From Epithemia pelagica (taxonomy: Eukaryota > Protista > Bacillariophyta), in the NCBI GenBank assembly GCA_946965045.2, contig OX337241.1, forward strand, positions 2,232,001-2,296,000: a stretch of DNA of 64,000 nucleotides. The letters run 5' to 3'. Under the pieces are notes generated by a model. It saw only the letters and a program-made list of their open reading frames with translations. It searched no databases and was not told the origin of the DNA. Below are positions 1 to 10,516 of the stretch, piece by piece. The position numbers were made by a program, and so were the translations under genes. Within the stretch, counting starts at the first letter, position 1, and every line of letters begins with the position of its first letter.

Positions 1-1210
1 CTTGCGGAAATGGTACAGAGTCATCCATTGTCCTACGGGCTTGGGCCATGGACGATGGATCCAATTCTTGTAGGAATTCCTCCACTTCCAATGGTACATC
101 CATTAACTGAGGAAAGGACCATTGCAGTGGAAGCAAATGCGGAACCGTGCGTGGATCCGATTCGTGTAGTTGTTGAACAAAGTTTGCTCCCAAAGGATGT
201 GTGATAAACAACTTTCCAAATGGCGCAGTCGCATTCACGTTTTTGTTGGCTGATTGCAAAAGCATGGTCAAATGCTGCAAGACACGAGCTTGGGACAAGA
301 AGTTGCCCCAACACGCATTGCATACAATACCATCGAATTTCAATGGTGTCGAAGGTTCGTCGTTGGTATCCTCGGTTGTTTTGGCATCGACAAGGATGCC
401 AGGATATTCCATGATATCCCCCACAACCACCTCGATTTCATGTTCCTTGTATTGTTCCAGTAAGTATTGAGCGTGCTCTTGAGCGTGTTGGACCATTTGA
501 GGCGATAAATCAACACCCTGAATACGTAGTTTCATGTTTCGCCGAGTGGCCTCCTCCAACAAAAACGGCCAGAGAGCACCTGTGCCTGCAGCAACATCGA
601 GCAAGCCAAAGGAAGCGCCATCCATTTCTTCCTTGCCGTCTCCCATGGTCAATTGATCTCGTTCCATCTTGAGTGACGCGACAATCTTGGATGCCAACGT
701 CTCATAAATGGGTATCAACTCGGGTGGAATGGTTTGTTTTTCGGCAAACACGGGAGCCATGTTATCAAACATTTCCTGTTGGTGTTGGAGAAAGGCGGAT
801 GAGTCTTTCGTGGCTTCATCTTTGTCCAAAAAGGAAGAATCTGCAGCGATTTGGTCACTGGTCGTACTATGTTTGGCTACAAGATCGGCATTCCTCAAAA
901 AGGGCTTGTTCTTTTCGTCGTCGGCTGATGAAGAGGAGGAGGATGTCATCCATCGGCGACAAGACGTGGTCGGAGCGTAGAAAGCGCAATTGTACTGATG
1001 AACTGTAGTTTTGGATGGGGACATTCGTTCCAGAGCCAAGCTTCGTAGCTGTTGGCGCCGAACCGCGAACGCTTCCACACCAACCATTGGCCTCCAAAGC
1101 CAATGTGAAGCTTGCCGAGAACCCTCGTGGCACAGCATGAGTAAAACAACAAAGCTAAAGAGCAGGACCGTACGGCGTCCTTTGTCACATTGCTGGATTG
1201 TCCGTCTCAT
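1..1210 (-). CDS. SAM-dependent (class I) methyltransferase, 3'-partial, with probable signal/bipartite targeting peptide
   Basis: Open frame from ATG at 1210 running off the left edge without a stop, so it is missing from the ORF track. Contains LLDVAAGTG (motif I), GVDLSPQM and FDGIVCNACWGNF. Hydrophobic N-terminus (VLLFSFVVLLMLC) followed by ...VEAFAV. Confidence 0.8.
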   Translation of the reverse strand, partial: MRRTIQQCDKGRRTVLLFSFVVLLMLCHEGSRQASHWLWRPMVGVEAFAVRRQQLRSLALERMSPSKTTVHQYNCAFYAPTTSCRRWMTSSSSSSADDEKNKPFLRNADLVAKHSTTSDQIAADSSFLDKDEATKDSSAFLQHQQEMFDNMAPVFAEKQTIPPELIPIYETLASKIVASLKMERDQLTMGDGKEEMDGASFGLLDVAAGTGALWPFLLEEATRRNMKLRIQGVDLSPQMVQHAQEHAQYLLEQYKEHEIEVVVGDIMEYPGILVDAKTTEDTNDEPSTPLKFDGIVCNACWGNFLSQARVLQHLTMLLQSANKNVNATAPFGKLFITHPLGANFVQQLHESDPRTVPHLLPLQWSFPQLMDVPLEVEEFLQELDPSSMAQARRTMDDSVPFPQ

Positions 1211-2147
1211 GGTCCTTGATGTCAAAGATATTGTTCCAAAAAATGAGAGGGAAGAAGGGCGACTGATCCTATCATAACAGTCGTGGTTTTGGAAATCTAC
1301 CCTCTTTTCTCCATTTCTACTCCTAGCATGCAATAGCTATGCCTCTTTGCCCGTTTGGGGAAAGTTTCTTGCTCCTAACGCAGTTTTAGTTGCTTTATCT
1401 AATAGGTCAACGACTTCATGATGAAGCAGCTTCTATCAAACACAGAAATGTTGTGTGAGTGGTGTGGATCATGCATGGCCTTTTGGGGTGGAACGAACGG
1501 CTCCAAGTTTGGCGCTCATTCGGTTTTCTGAGGAAGTGGCACGGTGCCCACCAATGCGGCCAAGTTTCCATGTTACTAAACGTTTTCGCTATACGCTATT
1601 TCGAGGCGTGAGCGCGTCCGATCCATCCATAGGAGCAAGATGACGTTTCGGCTACCACCATGACACCAACCAAGAACGAGATGAACAAGCAATTCCATGA
1701 ATGAGACAACAACGGGTACAAGGCAAGGATATGGCGTCATCACGGCGACTTGTAACATGGACATTGCCATCCGAGAGTCAATGTGTCCCTTTTGTGATCC
1801 CAGATGAGTTCTGTGCAGTCAGGAAACATCCGTCAATGGCACAGATTTCGTTACAAACAAAGTCTGACGGCATGGAATACAGCCCGAGACGTGCTTGTGT
1901 CTTTCTTTGGCAAGATATCCATTGGATCGCTCGAGATCGTGATAATATGCTGAGCCCAATGAAGCAGAGGCTCTTGTTCCATCCATGCTTTCTTTGTCCG
2001 TACCAAATTCTTCTTCATGCTTCATAGGAGCAATGCTCGGCCATCAACACGACTGTTTGTGGGTGGACCACTCTGCTCAGCAACACGCAAAGCAAGAGAG
2101 TATTGATCCGAGATACCAGCCTCACGGGATCTCCTGTTTCTACACTG

Positions 2148-3422
2148 TCAACCCAAACTCTCTTCGGGATCTGGTCGTCTCCCACGCCGTCGTCGCCGAA
2201 CAGGGACTGCCACCGAATCCATCGGCAAGGACTCATTGATGTTTCCAGAGGAACGTTTGAATGGACTCCATGCATTGGTTTCGACCGATGAGTCATTCAA
2301 CTCCTCTTCCTCCTCCTCAGTGTTGTCGAATTCGTCGTCCTCGTCAGTCTCGTCCAACCAAAAGTCCACGTCCTCCTTGCGTCGAGCTTTCGTGGAACTC
2401 GATTGCTCTGTATCAACTGTCGTTGCGCTTTGTTCTTGTTGCAAGACACTCCAAATTTCATCGTCCGTCGACAGCAAATATTCCATACTCTCTCGATGCA
2501 GATAGGGATAGTCTCCAATGTAGGTCTGCACCAAGGGAGCGTACAAATCGGTCAGGGCCGCCAACTGATGGAATCGCTTGGACTGGGACAGCAACAGGGC
2601 GACCACTCCGACATTGGATTCATCGTCGTCATTCAGGAGCGTTAAATATTCTTCCGACAGTCGAGTATGAACTTGCAATTGTCGTCCTTGTGAATCCGCC
2701 AATCGTACACGTAACAGGTACGGATTTCCAGTGTATTGCTCCAATTCATCTCGTTCCATGGTATAGTCCACAAAATCGGACAAGTCATATTCTTCGTCGG
2801 CCGGGGCATTTGAGTATTCCACGACACACACATCGGCCAACCGACCGAGAAAGAGCGCTCCATAGAGTCCGCGTCGACTAGTATCGTCGTCGTCATTTCG
2901 GTTGGTCCCAAACCAACCCCGATCGGATTGCGCCAAATCGTAATCCAACAAGGGTCGACCACCCAGAAATTCCCAGTTGCGCTGAATGGCTTGAAGTTGC
3001 GGGGTAAATATACCCCAAAACAAAAAGACGGCTCCCAGCAAGGTGGCGGCAAACCCTCCCAAGACAAACGACAAGCAATAGGAAAAGACAATTCCCAGTA
3101 TGGAGACCAACAATGTCTCAAACAATCGGTTGTATCGTTCTCGAGGGGTTCGTCCCCAATAGGCGGCATATTGTGCCGCCGTGGGAGTATTATCGACGGA
3201 AATGAGATCCGAAACCTCTTCCGATGACAGAGGGATCAACGACATTTCTAGGCATGTTCTTGGGGATACGCCGAACCTCTGATGCGTGTTCGAGGAAGCA
3301 TATCGCGACCGTGTTCTTTGGACCAATTCACGGCGTTGGTGATGCACAATGGAAAAGGCATGCGTTTCCAAACGGCATTGGAATAATGCACAGAAAACGA
3401 ATACCACAGCCCCAATAGCCAT
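2148..3422 (-). CDS. Conserved membrane protein resembling a cyanobacterial hypothetical family, probably plastid-targeted
   Basis: Within ORF 2148..3635; likely start is MAIGAVVFVFCALF at 3422, followed by ETHAFSI (signal+AF). The motif LIPLS...TAAQYAAYWG plus two TM helices recalls a cyanobacterial family (from memory, not searched). Confidence 0.6.
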   Translation of the reverse strand: MAIGAVVFVFCALFQCRLETHAFSIVHHQRRELVQRTRSRYASSNTHQRFGVSPRTCLEMSLIPLSSEEVSDLISVDNTPTAAQYAAYWGRTPRERYNRLFETLLVSILGIVFSYCLSFVLGGFAATLLGAVFLFWGIFTPQLQAIQRNWEFLGGRPLLDYDLAQSDRGWFGTNRNDDDDTSRRGLYGALFLGRLADVCVVEYSNAPADEEYDLSDFVDYTMERDELEQYTGNPYLLRVRLADSQGRQLQVHTRLSEEYLTLLNDDDESNVGVVALLLSQSKRFHQLAALTDLYAPLVQTYIGDYPYLHRESMEYLLSTDDEIWSVLQQEQSATTVDTEQSSSTKARRKEDVDFWLDETDEDDEFDNTEEEEEELNDSSVETNAWSPFKRSSGNINESLPMDSVAVPVRRRRRGRRPDPEESLG

Positions 3423-4095
3423 GGCGTGCAGTTCCAAATGGTTTTCTTCGATCACAGGGTACAATGGAAGGTTGTCACGTTCCTTGATGCCGCTGATGGT
3501 GTCAACAGATTTTTCTGCATGATTGATGGGTCGACGTGGAGTTGGTGGACAACATAGCAGAGATAGCTTTTGAGCCCTAAGGAGAGCCGTCCTAGTTTTT
3601 AGGTAACCGGGCCGCCAGTGAAGGGTGATTGGCAATATATATGCTGAACGGGGACTGAATTGAGTTCCTCATGACTATGACCTTTTTATGCTTACCATAG
3701 CGGCAGAAGAGATACCCATATTGCTGTGAATGGCAGAACTAACTCGGTGTAGCAGTGGGTACCCACGTGGAGCGGATCTACCGTCAAACTATAGCAGTGT
3801 GCCATTTTCGTTCATCATCCATACAGGGCTGCATACCTGCGGTTCCATTTCGGGTTATTCGTCATTCGCAAACACCACCACCGTTCGTGTGTGTCAATCC
3901 ACCCAGAGAACTCAATCTCGTGAATCATGTCCAGAAAAGAGAACCAAGGCAAACGTGGTTGTAGTGAAGAACACGGAATCACATCTCTTGCACCGCCTAG
4001 CACTTTGAGATAACCTCCGTAGTATGGACTGATTGATTGATTGCTGTTTGTTCTTGTTTTCTGGATTCCTTCTTTGTTGATTCTGTTTGTGTGTT

Positions 4096-4797
4096 TTAGA
4101 ACAAGTCGTCGTCGTCGTCGTCCAACTCGTCGTCCGTCTCACGGTCCTCCTCCTCTTCTGGATCGATCCTCCACAGATTGAGAAACAATTCCCATTGCAA
4201 GTCGGGTCGATCTTGCCAGGTTTCTCCGGGTTGCAGGTGCGATTGGACGTGAGCGTACAGGATTGGATTTTCGTGTGCCGCCATAGCCGGCACTTGATTC
4301 CACACCACCGCCACAGCTGCCACGGCCGTCACCAGAAAAACCAGGACCAGTGTACCATAGGCCCGTAACGCTTGTTGGATCCATGGTACGAGTACCGTGT
4401 CCAGCAACGACGTCGTGTGTGGGTGTTTGTTCCACACACGAATGGAGGAGGACACCACGGATGTATCCGTCGTCGTGGTGGCATCCTTCTCCCACAGCAA
4501 GCGAGCGTGTACCAGTGGTTGCAGCGTCAGTAGCCCGTCCAAAGGATGATGGTTGGGAATGGTTGTTGTGGTCGTGAGTGCGGTGGTACCATCGGTGGAT
4601 GACACCATGACGGTCGGAATGCTGCCACTCGACGGCCACAACAACAACAACACGGGACGTTCGGGTGGTGGTGGTGGTCCTCGTGAATCCACAAGAAAGG
4701 CTGTGACACTCCTTGGTGAAGACAGCAGCCACAACAACAACGGCAAGAGCATGACAACCTTGGCGGTTCCTGGAAAGAACCAGCACATCATGGACAA
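4096..4797 (-). CDS. Hypothetical protein with signal peptide, one TM helix and acidic tail
   Basis: 233-aa ORF with LLPLLLWLLSS...VTAFL N-terminus, TM segment TLVLVFLVTAVAAVAVVW and a D/E tail. Confidence 0.5.
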   Translation of the reverse strand: MSMMCWFFPGTAKVVMLLPLLLWLLSSPRSVTAFLVDSRGPPPPPERPVLLLLWPSSGSIPTVMVSSTDGTTALTTTTTIPNHHPLDGLLTLQPLVHARLLWEKDATTTTDTSVVSSSIRVWNKHPHTTSLLDTVLVPWIQQALRAYGTLVLVFLVTAVAAVAVVWNQVPAMAAHENPILYAHVQSHLQPGETWQDRPDLQWELFLNLWRIDPEEEEDRETDDELDDDDDDLF

Positions 4798-4953
4798 TCA
4801 AGCCACGATGATGGAAGATCTCTGGAAGCGAGAAGATGTTGTCATTCGTCATTCTGGATTCTGGTAGGTCGCTCTTTCTGTTTTATTTAATTTTCTATTC
4901 TAAATTTCCTATGTACTGTACCGTGGACATCTCATCACGCCCTAAACGATATC

Positions 4954-6249
4954 TTGCAAAAACCGCGGGACCGCCATCCGCGAGTCGTGCATGGGCACAC
5001 ATTGACAGTTCACTTGGCAGCAGACTTGGCACGTGTTCGGACCATGATCATGATGGACGATGGCGGATTGGTCGAAGGAACAGGGAGCAAGGGCACAACG
5101 CACGAACCAACAACAACAACGATTCCATTGGAGAGTGTCGGTGATGATGAGGGATCCACCACCAACGAGGACGATGGAAAAACCACGAGTGTGCAATCCG
5201 CAACCACCACCACCAACCGTACGACCACCACAACGACAAGGGCTGTGGAAGGCGACACCAATGAATGCTCGGGAACCACTGCTGCTGCTGTGGAGACTGC
5301 CAAGTTGCGTTCCAAATTGAAACAAGTACTTCAAATGAAACGAAATGCACTGCAACAAAAGTTGGAAATTTCCAAACAAGGTACAACGACCAATCACCAC
5401 CCAACCAAGACGACGAATTCGTTGAATCCCATTACAGCCATTTTGCAATTGGCGTCCCGAGAATTGTGGATTACCAATATTGGTTCCAGACCCGACCACT
5501 TGACTCGATTTTATGCGGACAAACCATTTGAGGGAGTCCTGTATGGTGGTCGACGGCTGGGACGGGACCGCACCAAAAAAGAACCACCTTCCACTACCAA
5601 TGCGGTAGACCAAAGGAACGACGGGACTGGAACCGCTGCTCCGTCCAACAAGGATGGAGATCTTGCCGTCGGTGTGGGTCCTTTAGTGTCTGCTGGTAGC
5701 AATACCACACTGTCGTCCACGGATGGCAGTTTGAAAAAACGAAAACTGGAACTTCAAATGCAACTTGCCCACGCACGATTGAAACGATCCCGATTGGAGC
5801 AACAACAACAAACTCAACAAACTGCGACTGCTGTGGAACAGGAATCCTCATTAGAATCAAAGCAAGAGGGAGAACGGGAAATGACTGGACCGGATCCGAA
5901 ACGGGAATCACCACCGGAACCATCTTCCTTGAGTCGAGAAGAACTCTTACAAAAGAAAAGGGCATTGGAATTTCGAAGCAATGTCGAGAACTTGAAACAT
6001 ATAGTTTCCAAGCAGGAGGTTCTCATGTATACGCAAGAAGACAGTCTCGTGGCAACCGAACAATCTTTGGCGGAATCGGAGACGGCATTGGTGGAGTTGA
6101 AATCCAAACTTGGTTCGGTGCAAACGACAATTGCGACTTGTAAAATACGGGAACGGGCCTTGATAGAGATGGAAGAAAAGCAAAATCTGGAACTGGAGGA
6201 AGCAACAAACTGTCTCCTTGAATTACAGAACACTGCGAAAGAATCATGA
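4954..6249 (+). CDS. Low-complexity coiled-coil hypothetical protein
   Basis: 431-aa ORF with T-rich N-terminus and heptad-like E/K/L/Q-rich C-terminal half. Confidence 0.6.
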   Translation: MQKPRDRHPRVVHGHTLTVHLAADLARVRTMIMMDDGGLVEGTGSKGTTHEPTTTTIPLESVGDDEGSTTNEDDGKTTSVQSATTTTNRTTTTTTRAVEGDTNECSGTTAAAVETAKLRSKLKQVLQMKRNALQQKLEISKQGTTTNHHPTKTTNSLNPITAILQLASRELWITNIGSRPDHLTRFYADKPFEGVLYGGRRLGRDRTKKEPPSTTNAVDQRNDGTGTAAPSNKDGDLAVGVGPLVSAGSNTTLSSTDGSLKKRKLELQMQLAHARLKRSRLEQQQQTQQTATAVEQESSLESKQEGEREMTGPDPKRESPPEPSSLSREELLQKKRALEFRSNVENLKHIVSKQEVLMYTQEDSLVATEQSLAESETALVELKSKLGSVQTTIATCKIRERALIEMEEKQNLELEEATNCLLELQNTAKES

Positions 6250-6896
6250 GTGAGCCTCTGTTTTTTTTTACTCGGTAGCTAGAGAAGCAGAAAAGCCATC
6301 ATCCAAATCTCCCTGGGAAGTTTGATCGAATGCGGTACATGCCATTGGGAGCACAAAACTTTGGTTTCTTGTACGAGTTTCTGTTTGTCTGATTTGCTGA
6401 TACTAACTCTCTACTCTTTCTGCAAACAAAACTCTTTTTGTTTCCACAGAAGTATAGCCTCTCGGCGTTTGTTGGGTGCCATTCAGTGTGGGTTCTAAAA
6501 GGGTCATGAGAGTTGATTTGCCTGTCATGTCTGGAACAACGACATATTTCTACGGGACACGAGAAACTAACCATTGGTTTTTGTTTCCTAGGTTGGCGAT
6601 CCTTCGGCCTACTCCTTAACGATGAGTGCGTGATTCATTGGCATCCTTCTCGTGGGTCTACACTCTGCGCGGAGTGTTATTGAAGTGAGAATCTCTGTGT
6701 AGTGGGAAACGAATGAATCACAAGGGATTTTGCTGGGATCCGAAATCTCTCGTGGCGTTTGTTTCCTATTTCATAGATATCCAATGGTCTTTATGTTCTG
6801 GAGCAACTGGATAAGGATTCTACTTTATACCCGCCTTGATCGACACGTTGTAGCCTTTGTTGTTTCCTGTGATTTGATTTAGCCATTCAGTTCCTA

Positions 6897-8126
6897 CTAG
6901 TCATGGTTTTTGATTCGCCGTTCTAGATATTCCACAGCGGCCAAGGTCAAGATGAGCTTGCGTTGTTTCAAAATGGTGTAGCAACTCAAATGTTTGTGAT
7001 TGAGTGCATCGATTCGATGAATATTCTTGACGGCACACCAAAAGTTGACAGGAAATCCTCCATGCGCTTGAATAATGCCATCGTCATTCTGTGCTTCTTC
7101 TCCTTCCTCTGGAAAATAAGCATCGGAAAAGAGCGCCGTCAATCCCTCTCGACCGCCCAGTCGCCAGGCTTCCAAATAACGGGCCAAGTCTCGTGTTTTG
7201 GCCGTGGGAATCGTGTGCAATTGATCGACGATAATCAAATTGCCCTCCAAGAGCTTTTGACTGAGCGCATGGGACAAGGCCAATCGACGCGTCTTGTGAT
7301 TGAGTTTGGTCTTGCCATAATCGGTCAAGCCTCGAGGTCCATGCGCCCTCGCCCCACCTCGAAATTGCGGCGCTCGGCCATGACCGACACGGGCTCGACC
7401 TTGTCCCTTTTGAGGACGCAATTTGCGACCGGAACCTCGAACTTCCGAGACGGTCTTGACCTTGACGAGCCGTTTCCCTCGCTTTTTGGCTCGATAATAA
7501 TTGACGGCCCGCTTCATCAAATCAACCCGAATCGGTTCCCGCCCAAAGACGGCTTGGTGCAGCCAGAGTGTCCCTACTTGATTCTCACCCGGTGGATCAA
7601 AGAGAGAATACACCGGAACGTGTAACCGATCCGGTAAGGGCACCGTAAAGACAGGTTTTCGTTGATTCAAGACAAAAAAGTCTTCGTCCTCCTCGTCTTC
7701 CTCCTCATCGAGAAATTCTCCTTCGTCGTCCTCCTCCGTGTCATCTCCAGCTGCTTCTTCTTCTTCTTCTTTATCTGCACGTGCACGTGCTTCTTCCTCT
7801 TGATCTTCTTCGTCTCGCAACTTTTCCAAGAGTCTACTTTTTCGAACCGGTGCATACCGTGACCGTTTATCGATAAAAAGATTGGGAGGTATCTTTTGGA
7901 CTTTGACGGACGAAAAGGACCGAACCGTCCGGCCAGAGGGTGGTGTCTGGGATGATGATGAAGGAGGATCCCAATCCGTCACTGTGGATGCGGCTTGTCT
8001 CCAGGCAGCGGCCCAGAAGGACCGACGTTGTGGTGCCGACACAACCGCAGACTGCCCACGCTTCCAGCCACCACTCGCACTCGCACGGAGGATGGGTCGA
8101 TAGCTGGAGTTCAAGAGGGCTTCCAT
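6897..8126 (-). CDS. MRPL4: Mitochondrial ribosomal protein uL4m (bacterial-type L4)
   Basis: L4 signature KTVSEVRGSGRKLRPQKGQGRARVG...PQFRGGARAHGPR and C-terminal YTILKQRKLILTLAAVEYLE. Likely start MEALLNSSYRPILRAS at 8126 (R/S/A-rich transit-like peptide). Confidence 0.9.
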   Translation of the reverse strand: MEALLNSSYRPILRASASGGWKRGQSAVVSAPQRRSFWAAAWRQAASTVTDWDPPSSSSQTPPSGRTVRSFSSVKVQKIPPNLFIDKRSRYAPVRKSRLLEKLRDEEDQEEEARARADKEEEEEAAGDDTEEDDEGEFLDEEEDEEDEDFFVLNQRKPVFTVPLPDRLHVPVYSLFDPPGENQVGTLWLHQAVFGREPIRVDLMKRAVNYYRAKKRGKRLVKVKTVSEVRGSGRKLRPQKGQGRARVGHGRAPQFRGGARAHGPRGLTDYGKTKLNHKTRRLALSHALSQKLLEGNLIIVDQLHTIPTAKTRDLARYLEAWRLGGREGLTALFSDAYFPEEGEEAQNDDGIIQAHGGFPVNFWCAVKNIHRIDALNHKHLSCYTILKQRKLILTLAAVEYLERRIKNHD

Positions 8127-8626
8127 GGTCCTCCAGAATTCTATTCTTGGTTCAAGTGGAATTGATCGAGGAGTAGACGAACAATCACTCTGTCTCAACA
8201 CTCCGTGCATCCAACAGGGGAAGAACCACAAGAAAGATACCCCAACAGAGAAGCCAAATCTATCAGAACCACCTGTTCCTGGATCCATTCGGCGTCTGAC
8301 CACCGCCCGGTGTCACAGGAAGCGTGTCATTGTCCGAAGGTCTGTCGTGGCGCACGACACAACTACAACGGAGCGGTTATAAAGATTCCAAACATGCCCT
8401 GAAGTCAGTGAATAAGAGTCAGTTGAAAATGAAAGCGCCAAGGTGTGCTTTACAGACAGGCGCTTTGTGTTTTGAATTTGCCCCCACACCACCGCACAAC
8501 CCACACAAAAGGACTACAACAAGATCAAGATTTTTTTTTGCTCGATCCTCACACACCCACATATTGCACCACTGACTATACTACGACTGGGGATCTCTCT
8601 CTCTCTATCAGCCAAGAGCCACCACC

Positions 8627-10516
8627 ATGGGAGGAGGTGGCGGCGGTGGCGAGGGGGAGGGTGGGCTTGTCACCAACAATAAGAGGGTGATGGGTGGTAG
8701 CCAGTCGGAGGAACCTTCCAAACCTCCACCACCAGAACTATCCTCCTCCTCCGAACCTTCCAATTTGGAAGACCCGGCACGAACACAACAACCAGTGGAC
8801 AGGACACAGGATAAGAATGCACCGCAAGGTTCTTCCTCCACGGCTCAGGAAGAGGCTCCGAATCAGTCCAAAGTGCGGAAACTAAGCGACACGGAAGTTT
8901 CATCTCTGTCACAACAACAACAATCTGGAACAACCACCACTCCAACGCCAGTCGCAACCGGATCCAAAGCTGTCGTGTTGAAACGAATGGAAGATGGAGC
9001 GGCATCCACCAGTAGTACAGATGGACAAGCCAGCGGGACTCGACACACTGTTCCGTTGCAGGTACAAGCGGGGGCGGATGTCACAACCAGAAGCAGTGCT
9101 GGAGCAGGAAGGACCGCCACCACTTCAACGGTAGGCGCCTCGCCGGAAGCCACACCTTTGGTTTCGGGGGGTCCAGCTGTGACTACTGCACCAGCATCCA
9201 CTGCTCTTGTTGTTCTACCGCCCAATCCCCTCGTTAGTGAATCCGCAAAAGCTGTCGCAACAACCACGAAACGACCTAGCACGACCGCCAACACTTCCAC
9301 AACCGCGTCTCGAACCTCTACCAGTGCCGGCCGGAAACGCAAACTTCCAGGCACGGCAGCTTCCTCCTCGACGAGTAGCACTACGACGCAGGCTACCATG
9401 GCACCGCCACGACCCTCGTATCCCCATCTCTCGGCCGAACTACTGGCTGTCCGAACAACCGTGCAACAGCTTTTAGATTTACTTAGTTCGTATGGACCAT
9501 TGACGCTCCATCAATTGGAATACAATCTACCACCCATTTCGGCTCGTGGAGGAGCAGCAACTTCGGGGGTCGCAACGACGGTAAAGCCACAACTTTCGGA
9601 CATTTTGGAGATACTTGTGGCCCTTGGCTTGGTGCAACAACTGGCTGCTGAACAACTATCCATTACCACCAAGGATGCAACCCCATCCTCGTTGGCCAGT
9701 CCAACCAATCCTCCTCAAGCGGCCACTCGCTATTGTATAAACCAGGGAATTCCTCGTGCCGAAAAGAGCGGTATGCCCTTGCCCCAGCAGCTTTTGCAGC
9801 AAATGGACCTGGCCCATCAAGAAATTCGACAAAGTGTTGACCGAGTGCAGCGCCTTACCCAACTCTTGTCGTCGTCACCCACGACAACAACCTCCAAAAG
9901 CAGTCCTCATAAGGAGATGTTGAAAAAACTCGCTTCAGAGTATCCCAGTATTTTGCAAGATCCAGTGTACATAACAGCGATGAAAAACTTGCATGTCGAC
10001 TTGACCGGTCTCTTGGAAACCGCCACCACACCGTCCACTCAGGCAACCGTATCGTCCTCCCGTGGACGAACGGTCCGCTCGTCCTCAAACCTTTCGTCCT
10101 CCAATTCTTCCGCTACTACCAAAACCCTCATCACTCCCAATAAATCTGCAACTTTGCAAAAACCTACCAAAACAAACAATACCAAAAAGAGTCCACCATC
10201 TACCGTCAACACAGCGACGCACAACAACCACATTGATAGAACCACAACAACCCCGAAACTGGTCGTCCGATCTGTGCCGGTCATCGCCCACAACAACAGT
10301 ACAAGCGTAATACCTGCCTCGACGACGACCCCAGCAGCTGTAGCGACCGTCGCAACAACCGCCACAGACAAACCAACCATGGTCACGCAGGAACAAAAGC
10401 CACAGAGTGCAGCTCTGCCCTCTTCGACGACGACCGTAGTAACCACGACCAAAGGTCTTTCCGTAGGTACGGTGGTCAAACAAAAGGATGACCCGCAACG
10501 TGTCAAGAACGGATGA
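8627..10516 (+). CDS. Ser/Thr-rich low-complexity protein with a possible central winged-helix-like domain
   Basis: 629-aa ORF. The ordered segment YGPLTLHQLEYNL...LSDILEILVALGLV...RYCIN lies between disordered S/T/P regions. Confidence 0.6.
   Translation: MGGGGGGGEGEGGLVTNNKRVMGGSQSEEPSKPPPPELSSSSEPSNLEDPARTQQPVDRTQDKNAPQGSSSTAQEEAPNQSKVRKLSDTEVSSLSQQQQSGTTTTPTPVATGSKAVVLKRMEDGAASTSSTDGQASGTRHTVPLQVQAGADVTTRSSAGAGRTATTSTVGASPEATPLVSGGPAVTTAPASTALVVLPPNPLVSESAKAVATTTKRPSTTANTSTTASRTSTSAGRKRKLPGTAASSSTSSTTTQATMAPPRPSYPHLSAELLAVRTTVQQLLDLLSSYGPLTLHQLEYNLPPISARGGAATSGVATTVKPQLSDILEILVALGLVQQLAAEQLSITTKDATPSSLASPTNPPQAATRYCINQGIPRAEKSGMPLPQQLLQQMDLAHQEIRQSVDRVQRLTQLLSSSPTTTTSKSSPHKEMLKKLASEYPSILQDPVYITAMKNLHVDLTGLLETATTPSTQATVSSSRGRTVRSSSNLSSSNSSATTKTLITPNKSATLQKPTKTNNTKKSPPSTVNTATHNNHIDRTTTTPKLVVRSVPVIAHNNSTSVIPASTTTPAAVATVATTATDKPTMVTQEQKPQSAALPSSTTTVVTTTKGLSVGTVVKQKDDPQRVKNG

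Noticed and set aside
1300-2140. Short ORFs (60-110 aa) on both strands
   Set aside because: No recognisable motifs and stops in all frames; treated as intergenic.
4139-4852. Alternative 237-aa and 223-aa (4942..5613) ORFs overlapping called genes
   Set aside because: Shadow frames of low-complexity coding sequence.
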